Assembly: GCA_031423535.1 (NCBI GenBank)
Contig: JANPFS010000932.1
Coordinates: 1-50,196 of the forward strand
Source: Blastocatellia bacterium
Lineage (GTDB): Bacteria > Acidobacteriota > Blastocatellia > RBC074
DNA length: 50,196 nucleotides
Reading direction: 5' to 3'
Position 1 is the first letter of the stretch, and each line of letters starts with the position of its first letter. The position numbers were made by a program, and so were the translations under genes. The notes under the pieces were generated by a model that did not search any database, had not been told where the DNA came from, and saw only the letters and a list, made by a program, of their open reading frames with translations. Shown here in pieces: positions 8,758-17,391 of this stretch.

Positions 8758-9672
8758 TTACCCCCTTACCACAACCACGCGAAAGCCGATGTGATCATAA
8801 CGTCGTTCTGGTTCAAACCGCAGTCGAAATGCCGAACGCAATGGCCAGCCTTCATCGGCCCAGCAGCCACCCCGACGCGAACGTGAAATATCGCCGTGTT
8901 CGCTCCTGGTCGCCGTCGCCTTAGCGTCGTGCAAGTCAGGGTCAGTGCCACCGGGCAAGCGGTTGTGATACCAATCACGGCACCACTCATAGATATTGCC
9001 GTGCATATCGTATAAGCCCCAGGCGTTCGGCGGATAGCTGCCCACCTTGGCAGCCATCTTGAGCGAAGGCCCGGGTTCGGCTCCGTTATAGGGTTTGCCT
9101 CTAAAATTCGCCTGCTTGCTGCTCAGTTGATTGCCAAACGAAGTCGCCGTTGTCGTCCCCGCGCGGCAGGCATATTCCCATTGCGCTTCGGTAGGCAAAC
9201 GGAATTCCCAATCAGGCGGAAGCGCATTGGATTGGCGGGCGAGTACAGTGAGTTTCTGACAGAACGCTTCCGCCTCGGCGAAATTGACATTGCCGACGGG
9301 ATAATCATCGCCAGCAGGCAGTTCCGCTGTGAGTGGCCCCGGCAACGCGCCCATCACACGCCGCCAGTCACCCTGCGTAGCCTCAAATTTGGCCATCCAA
9401 AATCCTTTGGTCAACGTCACTTCAACTTGATTTTCGCCCGGACGCCGTTCGGGTTCATGGGGCGGGCTGCCCATCATGAACTTGCCCGGCGGACACCAGC
9501 GCAGTTTGATGCCGCCAATCTCGCGTTCATCTCCGGCTTGCAAGCCGTTGAACTCCGAGCGGGTAGGCGCATTGGTAGGGTTTTGTATTTGTCGCACTGA
9601 CTCGACGAGTTGTGTGCCGAGTGCGCCGAATGACAACAAGATCAGTGAGAAAATGCCTTTTTTGTATAGCAT
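8758..9672 (-). CDS. Secreted FGE-sulfatase (SUMF1/formylglycine-generating enzyme) domain protein, 304 aa
   Basis: Motifs seen: WCPPGKFMMGSP, FWMAKFEATQGDW, WEYACRAG, YDMHGNIYEWCRDWY, RGGCW and FRVV. N-terminal signal peptide. Confidence 0.85.
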   Translation of the reverse strand: MLYKKGIFSLILLSFGALGTQLVESVRQIQNPTNAPTRSEFNGLQAGDEREIGGIKLRWCPPGKFMMGSPPHEPERRPGENQVEVTLTKGFWMAKFEATQGDWRRVMGALPGPLTAELPAGDDYPVGNVNFAEAEAFCQKLTVLARQSNALPPDWEFRLPTEAQWEYACRAGTTTATSFGNQLSSKQANFRGKPYNGAEPGPSLKMAAKVGSYPPNAWGLYDMHGNIYEWCRDWYHNRLPGGTDPDLHDAKATATRSEHGDISRSRRGGCWADEGWPLRSAFRLRFEPERRYDHIGFRVVVVRG

Positions 9673-9810
9673 GACGTTATGTGGTTACTTCCTCTTTTTG
9701 CAGCATTAGCATCGCTTGGCGATGAATCGGTTGCTGCCCCATTAAGCGCTGTGTCCTGGCAAGGAGATTCACTTTTCTCTTTCACAGGCTTGCGGCATCT
9801 TTGTGACTAA

Positions 9811-10122
9811 ACGCATGTAAGACTTACCTGAGTTTATTTCTGGTGCCGTGATGCAGGTTGCGCAGCGGGCCGAAACAGGCAGGGAAGATTGTCGGGGCTA
9901 TGGTTTCCGCAAGCAGTTTCTCCCGCGAGGTTGTCTGAGAATGAAAGCAGCAAGGTGAACCTACGAGGTCAACGAACCAGTCCATTCTCCCCTGCCTGTT
10001 GAAGACTCCGCGACAAGCAGTTTCAGAATACAGAGATCGTGATAAAGGCGGTGGAGTGGTTCTTGTCACCCATCAATTCGCGCCTGGCTGTTAACCCATG
10101 AAGAGCAAGACAAGGTCGTCAC
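9811..10122. repeat. Copy 2 (full, ~312 nt) of the dispersed intergenic element
   Basis: Same block order and orientation as copy 1: 9832 GTTTATTTCTGGTG, 9872 GAAACAGGCAG, 9933 GTCTGAGA, 9991 CCTGCCTGTTGAAG, 10010 GCGACAAGC, 10059 GTTCTTGTCACC, 10074 CAATTCGCGCCTGGC, 10090 GTTAACCC. The terminal hairpin is kept by compensatory changes (GTAAG-A-CTTAC versus CCAAG-A-CTTGG). Confidence 0.7.
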
Positions 10123-10158
10123 AATATCCTGAAATTTTGCCAAGAGCGCACGGCATTA

Positions 10159-11127
10159 TCAGTAAAGATTGGCTATTTCCCACAGCTTAATTGTCCCCTC
10201 ACTACCGCAACTTGCCAATAAAGCTCCATCGGGTGAAAAAGCAATTCGGGAAACAAGCTTCTCATCGCCCACAAAGGTTGCCCTTAATTTCTCCGTTTGT
10301 GCGTCCCATATCCTTATTTTGCCATCTCGACCTGCTCCGGCAATCAATTTTCCATTTGCCGAAACTGCGACGGCCCACACAACGCCTGTTGATCGGAGTA
10401 GCGTGCTCAATGATGGCTGAGACAAATCCCAAACATTGATCTCCCCACCGATTTGATTGCCACTGTCCATGATGGCGCTCCCAATCACAATTTTTTTATG
10501 GTCAGGAAAAAAGGCTAATGCTTTCACCCAATTTTTCAATTGGGTTTTTTGCATCGGCTGCCAACTTTTCGTATCCCACAAAATTGTGCCACCGCTCATA
10601 TCACCGCTGACCATCAAATTCTCACCCGTTGCCATAGCAATACAATAAATAGGGTCTGTGTGAGCAGCGGGAAGCTTCTCGCGTTTCCAAGTTTTCATAT
10701 TCCAGCGAGAGAGTGAGGAGCCTTCTGCCCCGATGAGGTACGCATCATCTGGTGAGAAAGAGAGTGAGCTGACTTTCAGTTTGAGTTGTTGCTTTTGTTC
10801 TCCCGTTCGCGCGTCCCAAACAAAAACGTCGCTGGTATCATAGCAACCACTTGCAACCGTAGTGGCATCCTGCGAGAGAGCCAGGAACCAGACCCAGCCT
10901 TTATGTCTCTTGAAATGTTGTTTGATTTGCCCTGTTTGTACGTCCCAGACGATTACCATTTTATCTTGAGAACCGGTTATCAGTGTTTTCCCATCGGATG
11001 AAAATGCCAGCGACATAACATCGCTGGTATGGCCTTGCAGTATCAATTGGGGAGCGCGTACTTGAGCACAAATCAGGCCCGACAAATGAATCAACAAACA
11101 GGTTAAGAAAAAAGTCTTTTTCATCAT
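10159..11127 (-). CDS. Secreted WD40-repeat beta-propeller protein (322 aa)
   Basis: Repeated GH..V..LAFS.DGK.L.SGS.D..V.VWD units and an N-terminal signal peptide. Confidence 0.85.
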   Translation of the reverse strand: MMKKTFFLTCLLIHLSGLICAQVRAPQLILQGHTSDVMSLAFSSDGKTLITGSQDKMVIVWDVQTGQIKQHFKRHKGWVWFLALSQDATTVASGCYDTSDVFVWDARTGEQKQQLKLKVSSLSFSPDDAYLIGAEGSSLSRWNMKTWKREKLPAAHTDPIYCIAMATGENLMVSGDMSGGTILWDTKSWQPMQKTQLKNWVKALAFFPDHKKIVIGSAIMDSGNQIGGEINVWDLSQPSLSTLLRSTGVVWAVAVSANGKLIAGAGRDGKIRIWDAQTEKLRATFVGDEKLVSRIAFSPDGALLASCGSEGTIKLWEIANLY

Positions 11128-11428
11128 TTGGCTCTTTTACAGCGTTGCGCAAAATCTGTCGAACAATTCGTTCACCGGGCGCGTGTGTGAACATCAAAGA
11201 AACCAGATGCCACGACGCGTGCGCTCACGTGGAATAAATTATAGGTGTTCCTGCGAGAGAATTCGCTCCTGCGCTTCACTCCCTTTGTGATTCTGTTGTA
11301 GCGTGGGGCCGGACTCTGGCACAGGCTCGTGGGAGGAACGAATCTGGAATGAGTGGCGCTCGTAACGCCTGCTAACATACTTTCGCCCTCCCACGCTCCG
11401 GCTGTTCCTTGCAACGAATACTCAGATG

Positions 11429-12780
11429 ACGTTGACAGTAACAACTCTACTATAATTCCTTCGCCCTGGTACAGCCTGCCTGCTTCCGACCCGCTGGTTC
11501 TTTCCCTTTTTTAGGAGGGTTTATGGCAGACTTTGCAGCCTTTCTCGGCATTGATTGGGCCAATGACAAACACGATCTTTGCTTACTCGACGCTACGACC
11601 AACACCAAAGAATTCTTTACACTCGCACACAAGCCGGAAATCCTGGAGCAGTTTCTCGCCCAACTCCGCGCGCGCTATCCGCACCAACCTATCGCTGTCG
11701 GCTTGGCACAAGCGCGTGGTCCCTTACTCTTTGCTTTGCTCAAGTATGACTTCCTCACTCTGTACCCGATTCACCCCACCACGCTGGCACGTTATCGCGA
11801 AGCCTTCTCGCCCAGTCGTGCCAAGGATGATCCCACCGATGCTGAATATGCCGCCGAATTATTGCACCATCATCGGGATCGCCTCACCGCTTGGACGCCG
11901 GATGATGCGACGACGCGCACTTTGCAATTCCTGGTCGAGCAACGCCGTCGTCTGGTCAATGATCGCACGCGTTTTTCTAATCGCCTCACCGCCGCGCTGA
12001 AAGCCTATTTCCCGCAATCTCTCACCTGGCTGCCCGATCTGTGCACGCAAGTGGCTTGTGACTTCCTCACGCGCTGGCTCACGTTGGCCGCCGTACAGCG
12101 CGCTCGCCCAGCCACAATGGAAGCCTTCTTCCGCGCGCATCATTCCCATGCTTCGCTCCTTGCCCGTCGTCTGGCGGAGATCAAAGCCGCCATCCCGCTC
12201 GTCACGGATGAAGCCGTTGTCACCGCTTGCACACTGCTCGTCAGTGCTTTGGTGGCCCAACTGCAAGCCACGAGGCAGGCCATTGGTGAGCACGAGAGAT
12301 CTGTGCCACGCATCCCGACTTCCCACTCTTTGACGCGCTGCCTGGTGCGGGTCGTGTCTTTGCCCCACGCTTGCTGGCTGCTTTGGGAACCCAGCGCACG
12401 CGCTTCGTTGATGCCCAGGCCCTGGCTTGTTTCACGGGCATTGCGCCCGTCATTGAACGCAGCGGGCATTCCTGTTGGACACGTTGGCGCTACTTCTGTC
12501 CCAAGTTCTTGCGCCAGACTTTTCACGAGTATGCGGGCGAATCCATCAAATTCTGTGGCTGGGCCAAGGCCTTCTATCATCTCCAACGTAGCAAGGGCAA
12601 AGGCCACGCGGCAGCCTTACGCGCCCTGGCCTTCAAATGGCTTCGCATCATCTGGAAGTGCTGGCAAACCCGCACGCCTTACGATGAAGCCCGTTATTTG
12701 GCGCAATTGAAGAAAACAGGATCACCGTTAATTCCTTTATTGGAGGCGACTCTGAGCTGATTCTTTCTTGACAACTCCAC
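11429..12780 (+). mobile_element. IS110-family insertion sequence (minimal candidate boundaries)
   Basis: Contains the IS110-type transposase gene. An 8-bp direct repeat CTCAGATG sits at 11421-11428 and 12781-12788. Subterminal TTGACA..ACAACTC occurs at both ends (11432 and 12768). The 1352-bp size fits the family. The left boundary could instead lie further upstream, near 11.2 kb. Confidence 0.5.
11523..12760 (+). pseudogene. IS110-family transposase (DEDD N-terminal domain + Transposase_20 C-terminal domain) interrupted by one frameshift
   Basis: The N-terminal part runs in frame from ATG 11523 (FLGIDWANDKHDLCLLD ..., RBS TAGGAGGG). The C-terminal part (THPDFPLFDALPGAGRVFAPRLLAALGTQRTRF ... 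IAPVIERSG) is in another frame. The switch maps to the GAGAGA run at 12294-12299. Confidence 0.8.
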
Positions 12781-12807
12781 CTCAGATGGATGTTAGGAGT
12801 TGTTCCT

Positions 12808-13482
12808 TCATGGCCGAGGCATCTTGCTTTGCAGAGTCTTCACGAACTCCGGGTCAATCTCTGAGTCACCTGGTGTAGCCTCAGCCAACTTAACTTTCTT
12901 CCACGCCTCAGCGTAGTTGCCCGCGTAGTAAAGTGCAATTGCCCAGTTCTGTATGTTCAGCTTGTGCTGCGGAGCCTTTTTGTAGACACGCGCGAACCGA
13001 GCAAAGGCATCGTTCATAAGCTTTTCGTTCTTGGTTTGTGTCCCCGCCATGGCAAGTGTCTTGGCATAGTCAGTAGTAAAATTATGATCGTTACTAACAT
13101 GTGCTTCAGCTTCAGCAAAGAGCTTCAAAGACTCATCGAATTTTTCCTCGCTAGCCTGAATTGCGGCCATTCCCCATAAGGCGGTACTGTTTGCATTATC
13201 AAGAAGCCAGGCTTGGTTAAAGCGCCTCATTGCGTCCGGCAAGTTCCCCTGCCTGAGAGACTGCCAACCGCGAGCGGAGAATTCTTTGGCTGCCTTCTTT
13301 CGGTTTCCCTTGTAAATGTCGTCAATGCTGGCGAGGAATTTCGCGTCCACTTCCTTCTGCACTTCAGTCTTTGGCTGCAAGCCGTATTTAGGCAAGAGGT
13401 TTATATCTTGCGCAAACGCGTTCGATAATAAGGTAACCAAGGCCAGTGCAAGAACTATGAAATTAACCTGATATTTGTGCAT
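12808..13482 (-). CDS. Secreted TPR-repeat protein (~224 aa)
   Basis: ATG 13482 follows TAGGAG. Signal peptide, then TPR-like helical repeats (AMRRFNQAWLLD, ALWGMAAIQA, AEAWKKVKLAE). Confidence 0.7.
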   Translation of the reverse strand: MHKYQVNFIVLALALVTLLSNAFAQDINLLPKYGLQPKTEVQKEVDAKFLASIDDIYKGNRKKAAKEFSARGWQSLRQGNLPDAMRRFNQAWLLDNANSTALWGMAAIQASEEKFDESLKLFAEAEAHVSNDHNFTTDYAKTLAMAGTQTKNEKLMNDAFARFARVYKKAPQHKLNIQNWAIALYYAGNYAEAWKKVKLAEATPGDSEIDPEFVKTLQSKMPRP

Positions 13483-13686
13483 AAAGACTCCTAACAACCC
13501 GTTCACCGGGCGTGGCCGTGTGACCGTGATTGACGCACTGCCTGATGGCCACCTCGACGTTCCCAGTATTCATCTTTTTCTGCACGCAGAAAACTAAAAT
13601 ATGGCCCTGTTAATTTGTAGACGAAGTCTATCATATCAACGAAGGCCTAATGCCATATTAGATGACGTCTCTGCCCGAAGCCGATA

Positions 13687-14292
13687 TTACTTTTGGTGGT
13701 TGTATGTTGTGACGAAAACACTAGCTTCCGTCTCGTTATCAAACAGATATAAGCCAAGATCATCAAAGCGCGCGACAGAACCATTCTGGGGAACATCCTT
13801 TCGTTCTGCCTGATTCAGAAAGTAGCTGATTACACCCGTTCCATCGGCCACTTGAAATATGCCCCAGGCGGTTACCCATTCACCTTCCTCTTTGGCGGAG
13901 CAGAGCATTTGTTGTCCTTGCAAATAGGAGAGAATCTTGCCGCCTCTTGGATTTGTACCTTCCATCATATAGCCGTAGAGATAAGGCAAGCCGGTAATCG
14001 TCCCATCCATATTGATCCGCTCGCTGGCGACGCGACCAATCAACAGCGCATACTTCCCCTGTGCGCCTTCGGGCAAGATCACATCTTGTCGAAAGTAGCC
14101 TTTGTTTCTGATCCTGAAATGCGAGTTTCTATCAGGTGTTTGCTCGACAAAAGCATCACCGACTACTTGCCAGTGATTAGCAATCTCATCGGCAGCCGCA
14201 TTCTTCAAAAGGTTATTTGATTGTGCGTTGGCAAAGTTTGTTATCAACGATAACCAAAGCAGTGGCGTAGCGTATTTAATGAATCTTTTCAT
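13687..14292 (-). CDS. Secreted hypothetical protein (201 aa), possible beta-sandwich/carbohydrate-binding-like
   Basis: Signal peptide ending ANA-QS. No catalytic motif recognised. Confidence 0.6.
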   Translation of the reverse strand: MKRFIKYATPLLWLSLITNFANAQSNNLLKNAAADEIANHWQVVGDAFVEQTPDRNSHFRIRNKGYFRQDVILPEGAQGKYALLIGRVASERINMDGTITGLPYLYGYMMEGTNPRGGKILSYLQGQQMLCSAKEEGEWVTAWGIFQVADGTGVISYFLNQAERKDVPQNGSVARFDDLGLYLFDNETEASVFVTTYNHQK

Positions 14293-14349
14293 TGTTATAA
14301 ATACTCCTCTTTAGCTCATTATCATCGAACGCCATGTTGGGCGGATTTT

Positions 14350-14874
14350 TCAATCAACTTTTTTAATATCAGTGATCAGCATATAGACATAGCCGTCTGT
14401 CATCGGCCCTCGGTATGCGCCTTTCGCTTTTAGCAGGTAGCCCGCCGCAGCCGTCAAGGCAAAACCATAATCCTCATCGCATTCAAATTTTGCTGTCGTT
14501 AGTTGGCGATATTTATGCTTGATTCCATACGCCTTTACTTGCGTAACCCCTTGTTTTAGATGATCACTTACGGAATCATTTGCCCAAGCCCATCTCCACG
14601 TATGTGAGTAGGTTGAATAGGAGCCAGCTATTTGCACGGTAGCAATTACTTTGGGGACACCATTTTCTGAAAAAGTCAGCATCCCCTTTACTTGGTCTAA
14701 ATCCCACCGATACGCGCCGAGATTATATTCCTCACCAAGTCGAGTCGCAGCAGGGCCAAAGCGAGCCATCGCCTCATCCAGAAATTTATTTTGATAATCC
14801 ATATTTTTTCTGGCTTGCCCAAATCCAGAGCTAAGGAATAGGAAAATACAAAAGATAAGTTTAGTTTTATACAT
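14350..14874 (-). CDS. Secreted hypothetical protein (174 aa)
   Basis: Signal peptide MYKTKLIFCIFLFLSSGFG and a Trp-rich TWRWAWAND segment. No family assigned. Confidence 0.6.
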   Translation of the reverse strand: MYKTKLIFCIFLFLSSGFGQARKNMDYQNKFLDEAMARFGPAATRLGEEYNLGAYRWDLDQVKGMLTFSENGVPKVIATVQIAGSYSTYSHTWRWAWANDSVSDHLKQGVTQVKAYGIKHKYRQLTTAKFECDEDYGFALTAAAGYLLKAKGAYRGPMTDGYVYMLITDIKKVD

Positions 14875-14985
14875 TTGTTTTTACCGAAGTCTTTGATCGA
14901 TTTTGATTCCAATCGTACCTGTTTCCCTCAAGGCAATCTTTACCGACCCAACGCGAGTAGATTTCAGTAGAGCAAGGCCATAAGT

Positions 14986-15852
14986 TCATTCAATAATCAG
15001 CAGTTTTTTAGCCAAATCAAAGGTCACACAATAATTTCTGAAAAATCCGCCCCCTAAAATCCCACCATATTTATTCATCCCATGATCTAAGCCGGTTCCT
15101 TTGGCATAGAAGGCTGTCTCGATGGAATTTAGTTTGACTCCCGCAAGTTGGATCATCTCTATCGTACCGATACGCAGCGGCGTTTTTTCAGGACTTGTTG
15201 GTAAACCAATTTGTTTGATGGCCTGGGGCGTTAACGAGAGCGGAAGATTCTGCCAGGTATCAAGCATGACTTTCAGCTTCACCCCATTGATGAGTACGTC
15301 ATTGATGACAGGTCTTGGATCATCGGGATTGATGTCAATGGGCATTATGGCTAAAGGGGGATTGGTAGGGGGCGTACTTTGATTTTTCGCATTGGTATTT
15401 TTCGGAAGGAAGGTGAGGAGTTTGTTGCGATAATCAATCCGTATCACCCGCCCTCGTAAAAAGTCATATCCCAAAACTCCGTGTAAGGGGACGCCAAACT
15501 CTTGACTGAAGGAATCCATCTCCATCAGTCGCATGGACAGCGTATCAATTTTCAGTTTGCCGATTTGCATATCGGAAGCGTGAACATACATTATCTGTTT
15601 CTGGGTCAGCGGTTCAATCGTCCATAAGAGCGGATACTCGATAGCGTCTCTCGCTGCCCACGCGATACTTGACCGTGGTGCCCCCGTGGCGATTGCCATA
15701 TTGAACGGGCCTTTTCCTTTCAGTGTCACCTGGATGAGAACGGCTCCTTTTTGCAGAGTGAAGGGGATTTCGACTGCGTCAGGAGTGCTTGAGCCACAAA
15801 CACCTACGGGCAGACAAATGAAGAGAAGCAAAAGGGAAAAATAATGAACCAT
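14986..15852 (-). CDS. Secreted retropepsin-like (clan AA) two-lobed protein with degenerate catalytic motifs (~288 aa)
   Basis: Likely start MVHYFSLLLLFICLPVGVCG at 15852. The positions expected for D[TS]G read IATGAP and LDTWQ, so it may be a pseudo-protease. The fold call is tentative. Confidence 0.45.
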   Translation of the reverse strand: MVHYFSLLLLFICLPVGVCGSSTPDAVEIPFTLQKGAVLIQVTLKGKGPFNMAIATGAPRSSIAWAARDAIEYPLLWTIEPLTQKQIMYVHASDMQIGKLKIDTLSMRLMEMDSFSQEFGVPLHGVLGYDFLRGRVIRIDYRNKLLTFLPKNTNAKNQSTPPTNPPLAIMPIDINPDDPRPVINDVLINGVKLKVMLDTWQNLPLSLTPQAIKQIGLPTSPEKTPLRIGTIEMIQLAGVKLNSIETAFYAKGTGLDHGMNKYGGILGGGFFRNYCVTFDLAKKLLIIE

Positions 15853-16096
15853 ACTTGATTGATACCTCGTTTTTATTAACAATACCTTCGCCAAATTTGA
15901 AGGAATTGGAAAACCACAATCGTTGAAAACAAAGCGGCTTTGAAAATTGCGAGAAACGTGCAAATAATTAAAACGGATGCTGAAAAACGCAGAACGCATT
16001 TTAATTGTATCTGCTGTATTTGCCTATACTTAGAAAGCCAATAAAAACAGCCTCGAAAAACAAGTTTTCAACCATCATTTTGGCGAAGGTATTGTA

Positions 16097-16795
16097 TTAA
16101 GCAACTTCATTCTCTGGACAGAGACTCAACAAAGGCAGGCTGCGGCGCTCAACGAAGCCCATCTTTTCGTATACTCTTTTTGCACTTTCATTTTCCTGTC
16201 CGACATGAAGAAAAGGGTCAGTTCCTCGCTTCAGCATCTCCTTCACCACTCTCTGCACTAATCGCTGGGCATATCCACGGCCTCTGAAATCAGGATGCGT
16301 ACACACCGCACTTACTTCCTGATAGCCCGATACGGACATGCGCTCACCGGCCATCGCGACCAACAAGCCACCTACACGGACTCCAAAATAAGCTCCTAAT
16401 TCATGTGTTCGTGGACGAAAGTAGCCCGGAAAAGCCAAAGCCGTTAACGCCAGCATGTCTGACACGTCCGCTTCGGACAAAAGCTTGACGTCTTGTTTTT
16501 CCTCATTGAGATTCACCGCATGAGACCAAACCATCTGAGTGATACTTCCATGCTCTTTTACCTTCAATCCAGGCAGCAGGAAGGGGGAGCTACCTACCAA
16601 GTAAACAACTTCGCCTGTTGTAATCAGCGAGGTTAGAGCGGTGATGCTCATTGGCGTTGGATGATGAAACGCAGCAAAGGGAGCGACGTCAGAACGGTAT
16701 CGTTTTGCGAGTTTCGCGCCCCAAGAAAATTTGGAGTGGTGCGAGCATAGAGCGTGCCAGATAGGATTATCTAAAACGTGTTCGTTCATTTTCAT
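16097..16795 (-). CDS. GNAT-family N-acetyltransferase (FR47-like), 232 aa
   Basis: Acetyl-CoA binding motif in THPDFRGRGYAQRLV ... KRVYEKMGF. Confidence 0.85.
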   Translation of the reverse strand: MKMNEHVLDNPIWHALCSHHSKFSWGAKLAKRYRSDVAPFAAFHHPTPMSITALTSLITTGEVVYLVGSSPFLLPGLKVKEHGSITQMVWSHAVNLNEEKQDVKLLSEADVSDMLALTALAFPGYFRPRTHELGAYFGVRVGGLLVAMAGERMSVSGYQEVSAVCTHPDFRGRGYAQRLVQRVVKEMLKRGTDPFLHVGQENESAKRVYEKMGFVERRSLPLLSLCPENEVA

Positions 16796-16812
16796 CCGTA
16801 GGCAGTTTAGGG

Positions 16813-17328
16813 TTAAGAAAAAATTTGGATCATGGTTGGAGCTAATTTTCTCTGTACCAATTCTTCAAATCGTTGTTCTTCCTCTTTTCCTGCGAATACG
16901 CGTTTGGGAATAATCGTAAATAAATCGCGCCCATAAAAAAGCAGATAATGGCGCGGTACGATCCACAACTTGTCGTACAAGGCCCACTCCAGTTTTGATT
17001 CCGCGTAGCTCGTTTTGAAATAAATGCCCTGCTCGGAAAACGAGAGGTAATATTCTTCCCGGTATTTTGGGTCGTGCCGAAACCGATGGCGCGGCATCAG
17101 AAAGTAACCGATGAAATTCCCCACCAGCAATAAAAAGCCTACGATAAAAAGTGATTCCCAAATCCAGCTTGCCCCCTTCAAATAAGCCATGACCAGACTG
17201 AACCCCATCGCCGCAAGACTCACGATCACATCTGATTTTTTCAGGATTGCGCGGGTCGCATAGAATTGCCAGGCTTCGACAAATTCGTCTTCGGTGTAGG
17301 TAAATCGTAGTGTGATCAATTCACTCAT
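16813..17328 (-). CDS. YcxB-like membrane protein (171 aa)
   Basis: Two central TM helices followed by WALYDKLWIVPRHYLLFYGRDLFTIIPKRVF, typical of the YcxB family layout. Confidence 0.6.
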   Translation of the reverse strand: MSELITLRFTYTEDEFVEAWQFYATRAILKKSDVIVSLAAMGFSLVMAYLKGASWIWESLFIVGFLLLVGNFIGYFLMPRHRFRHDPKYREEYYLSFSEQGIYFKTSYAESKLEWALYDKLWIVPRHYLLFYGRDLFTIIPKRVFAGKEEEQRFEELVQRKLAPTMIQIFS

Positions 17329-17391
17329 TTAATTTGTTTCTGCCAAACTATGAAGGCAACCAGTGGTCGGGCATCGTTACTCGCGCAATAC

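Noticed and set aside
8758-8900. Possible diversity-generating retroelement variable region at the C-terminus of the FGE-sulfatase-domain protein
   Set aside because: This fold is a common DGR target, but no reverse transcriptase and no template-repeat copy of this segment is present in the window. The C-terminal sequence also looks like an ordinary FGE-domain end.
11432-11456. TTGACA ... TATAAT sigma-70-like promoter upstream of the IS110 transposase
   Set aside because: The spacer is only 13 nt, too short for a canonical promoter. The TATAAT is more likely half of a junction promoter completed by the TTGACA at 12768 after circularisation. That is a hypothesis only.
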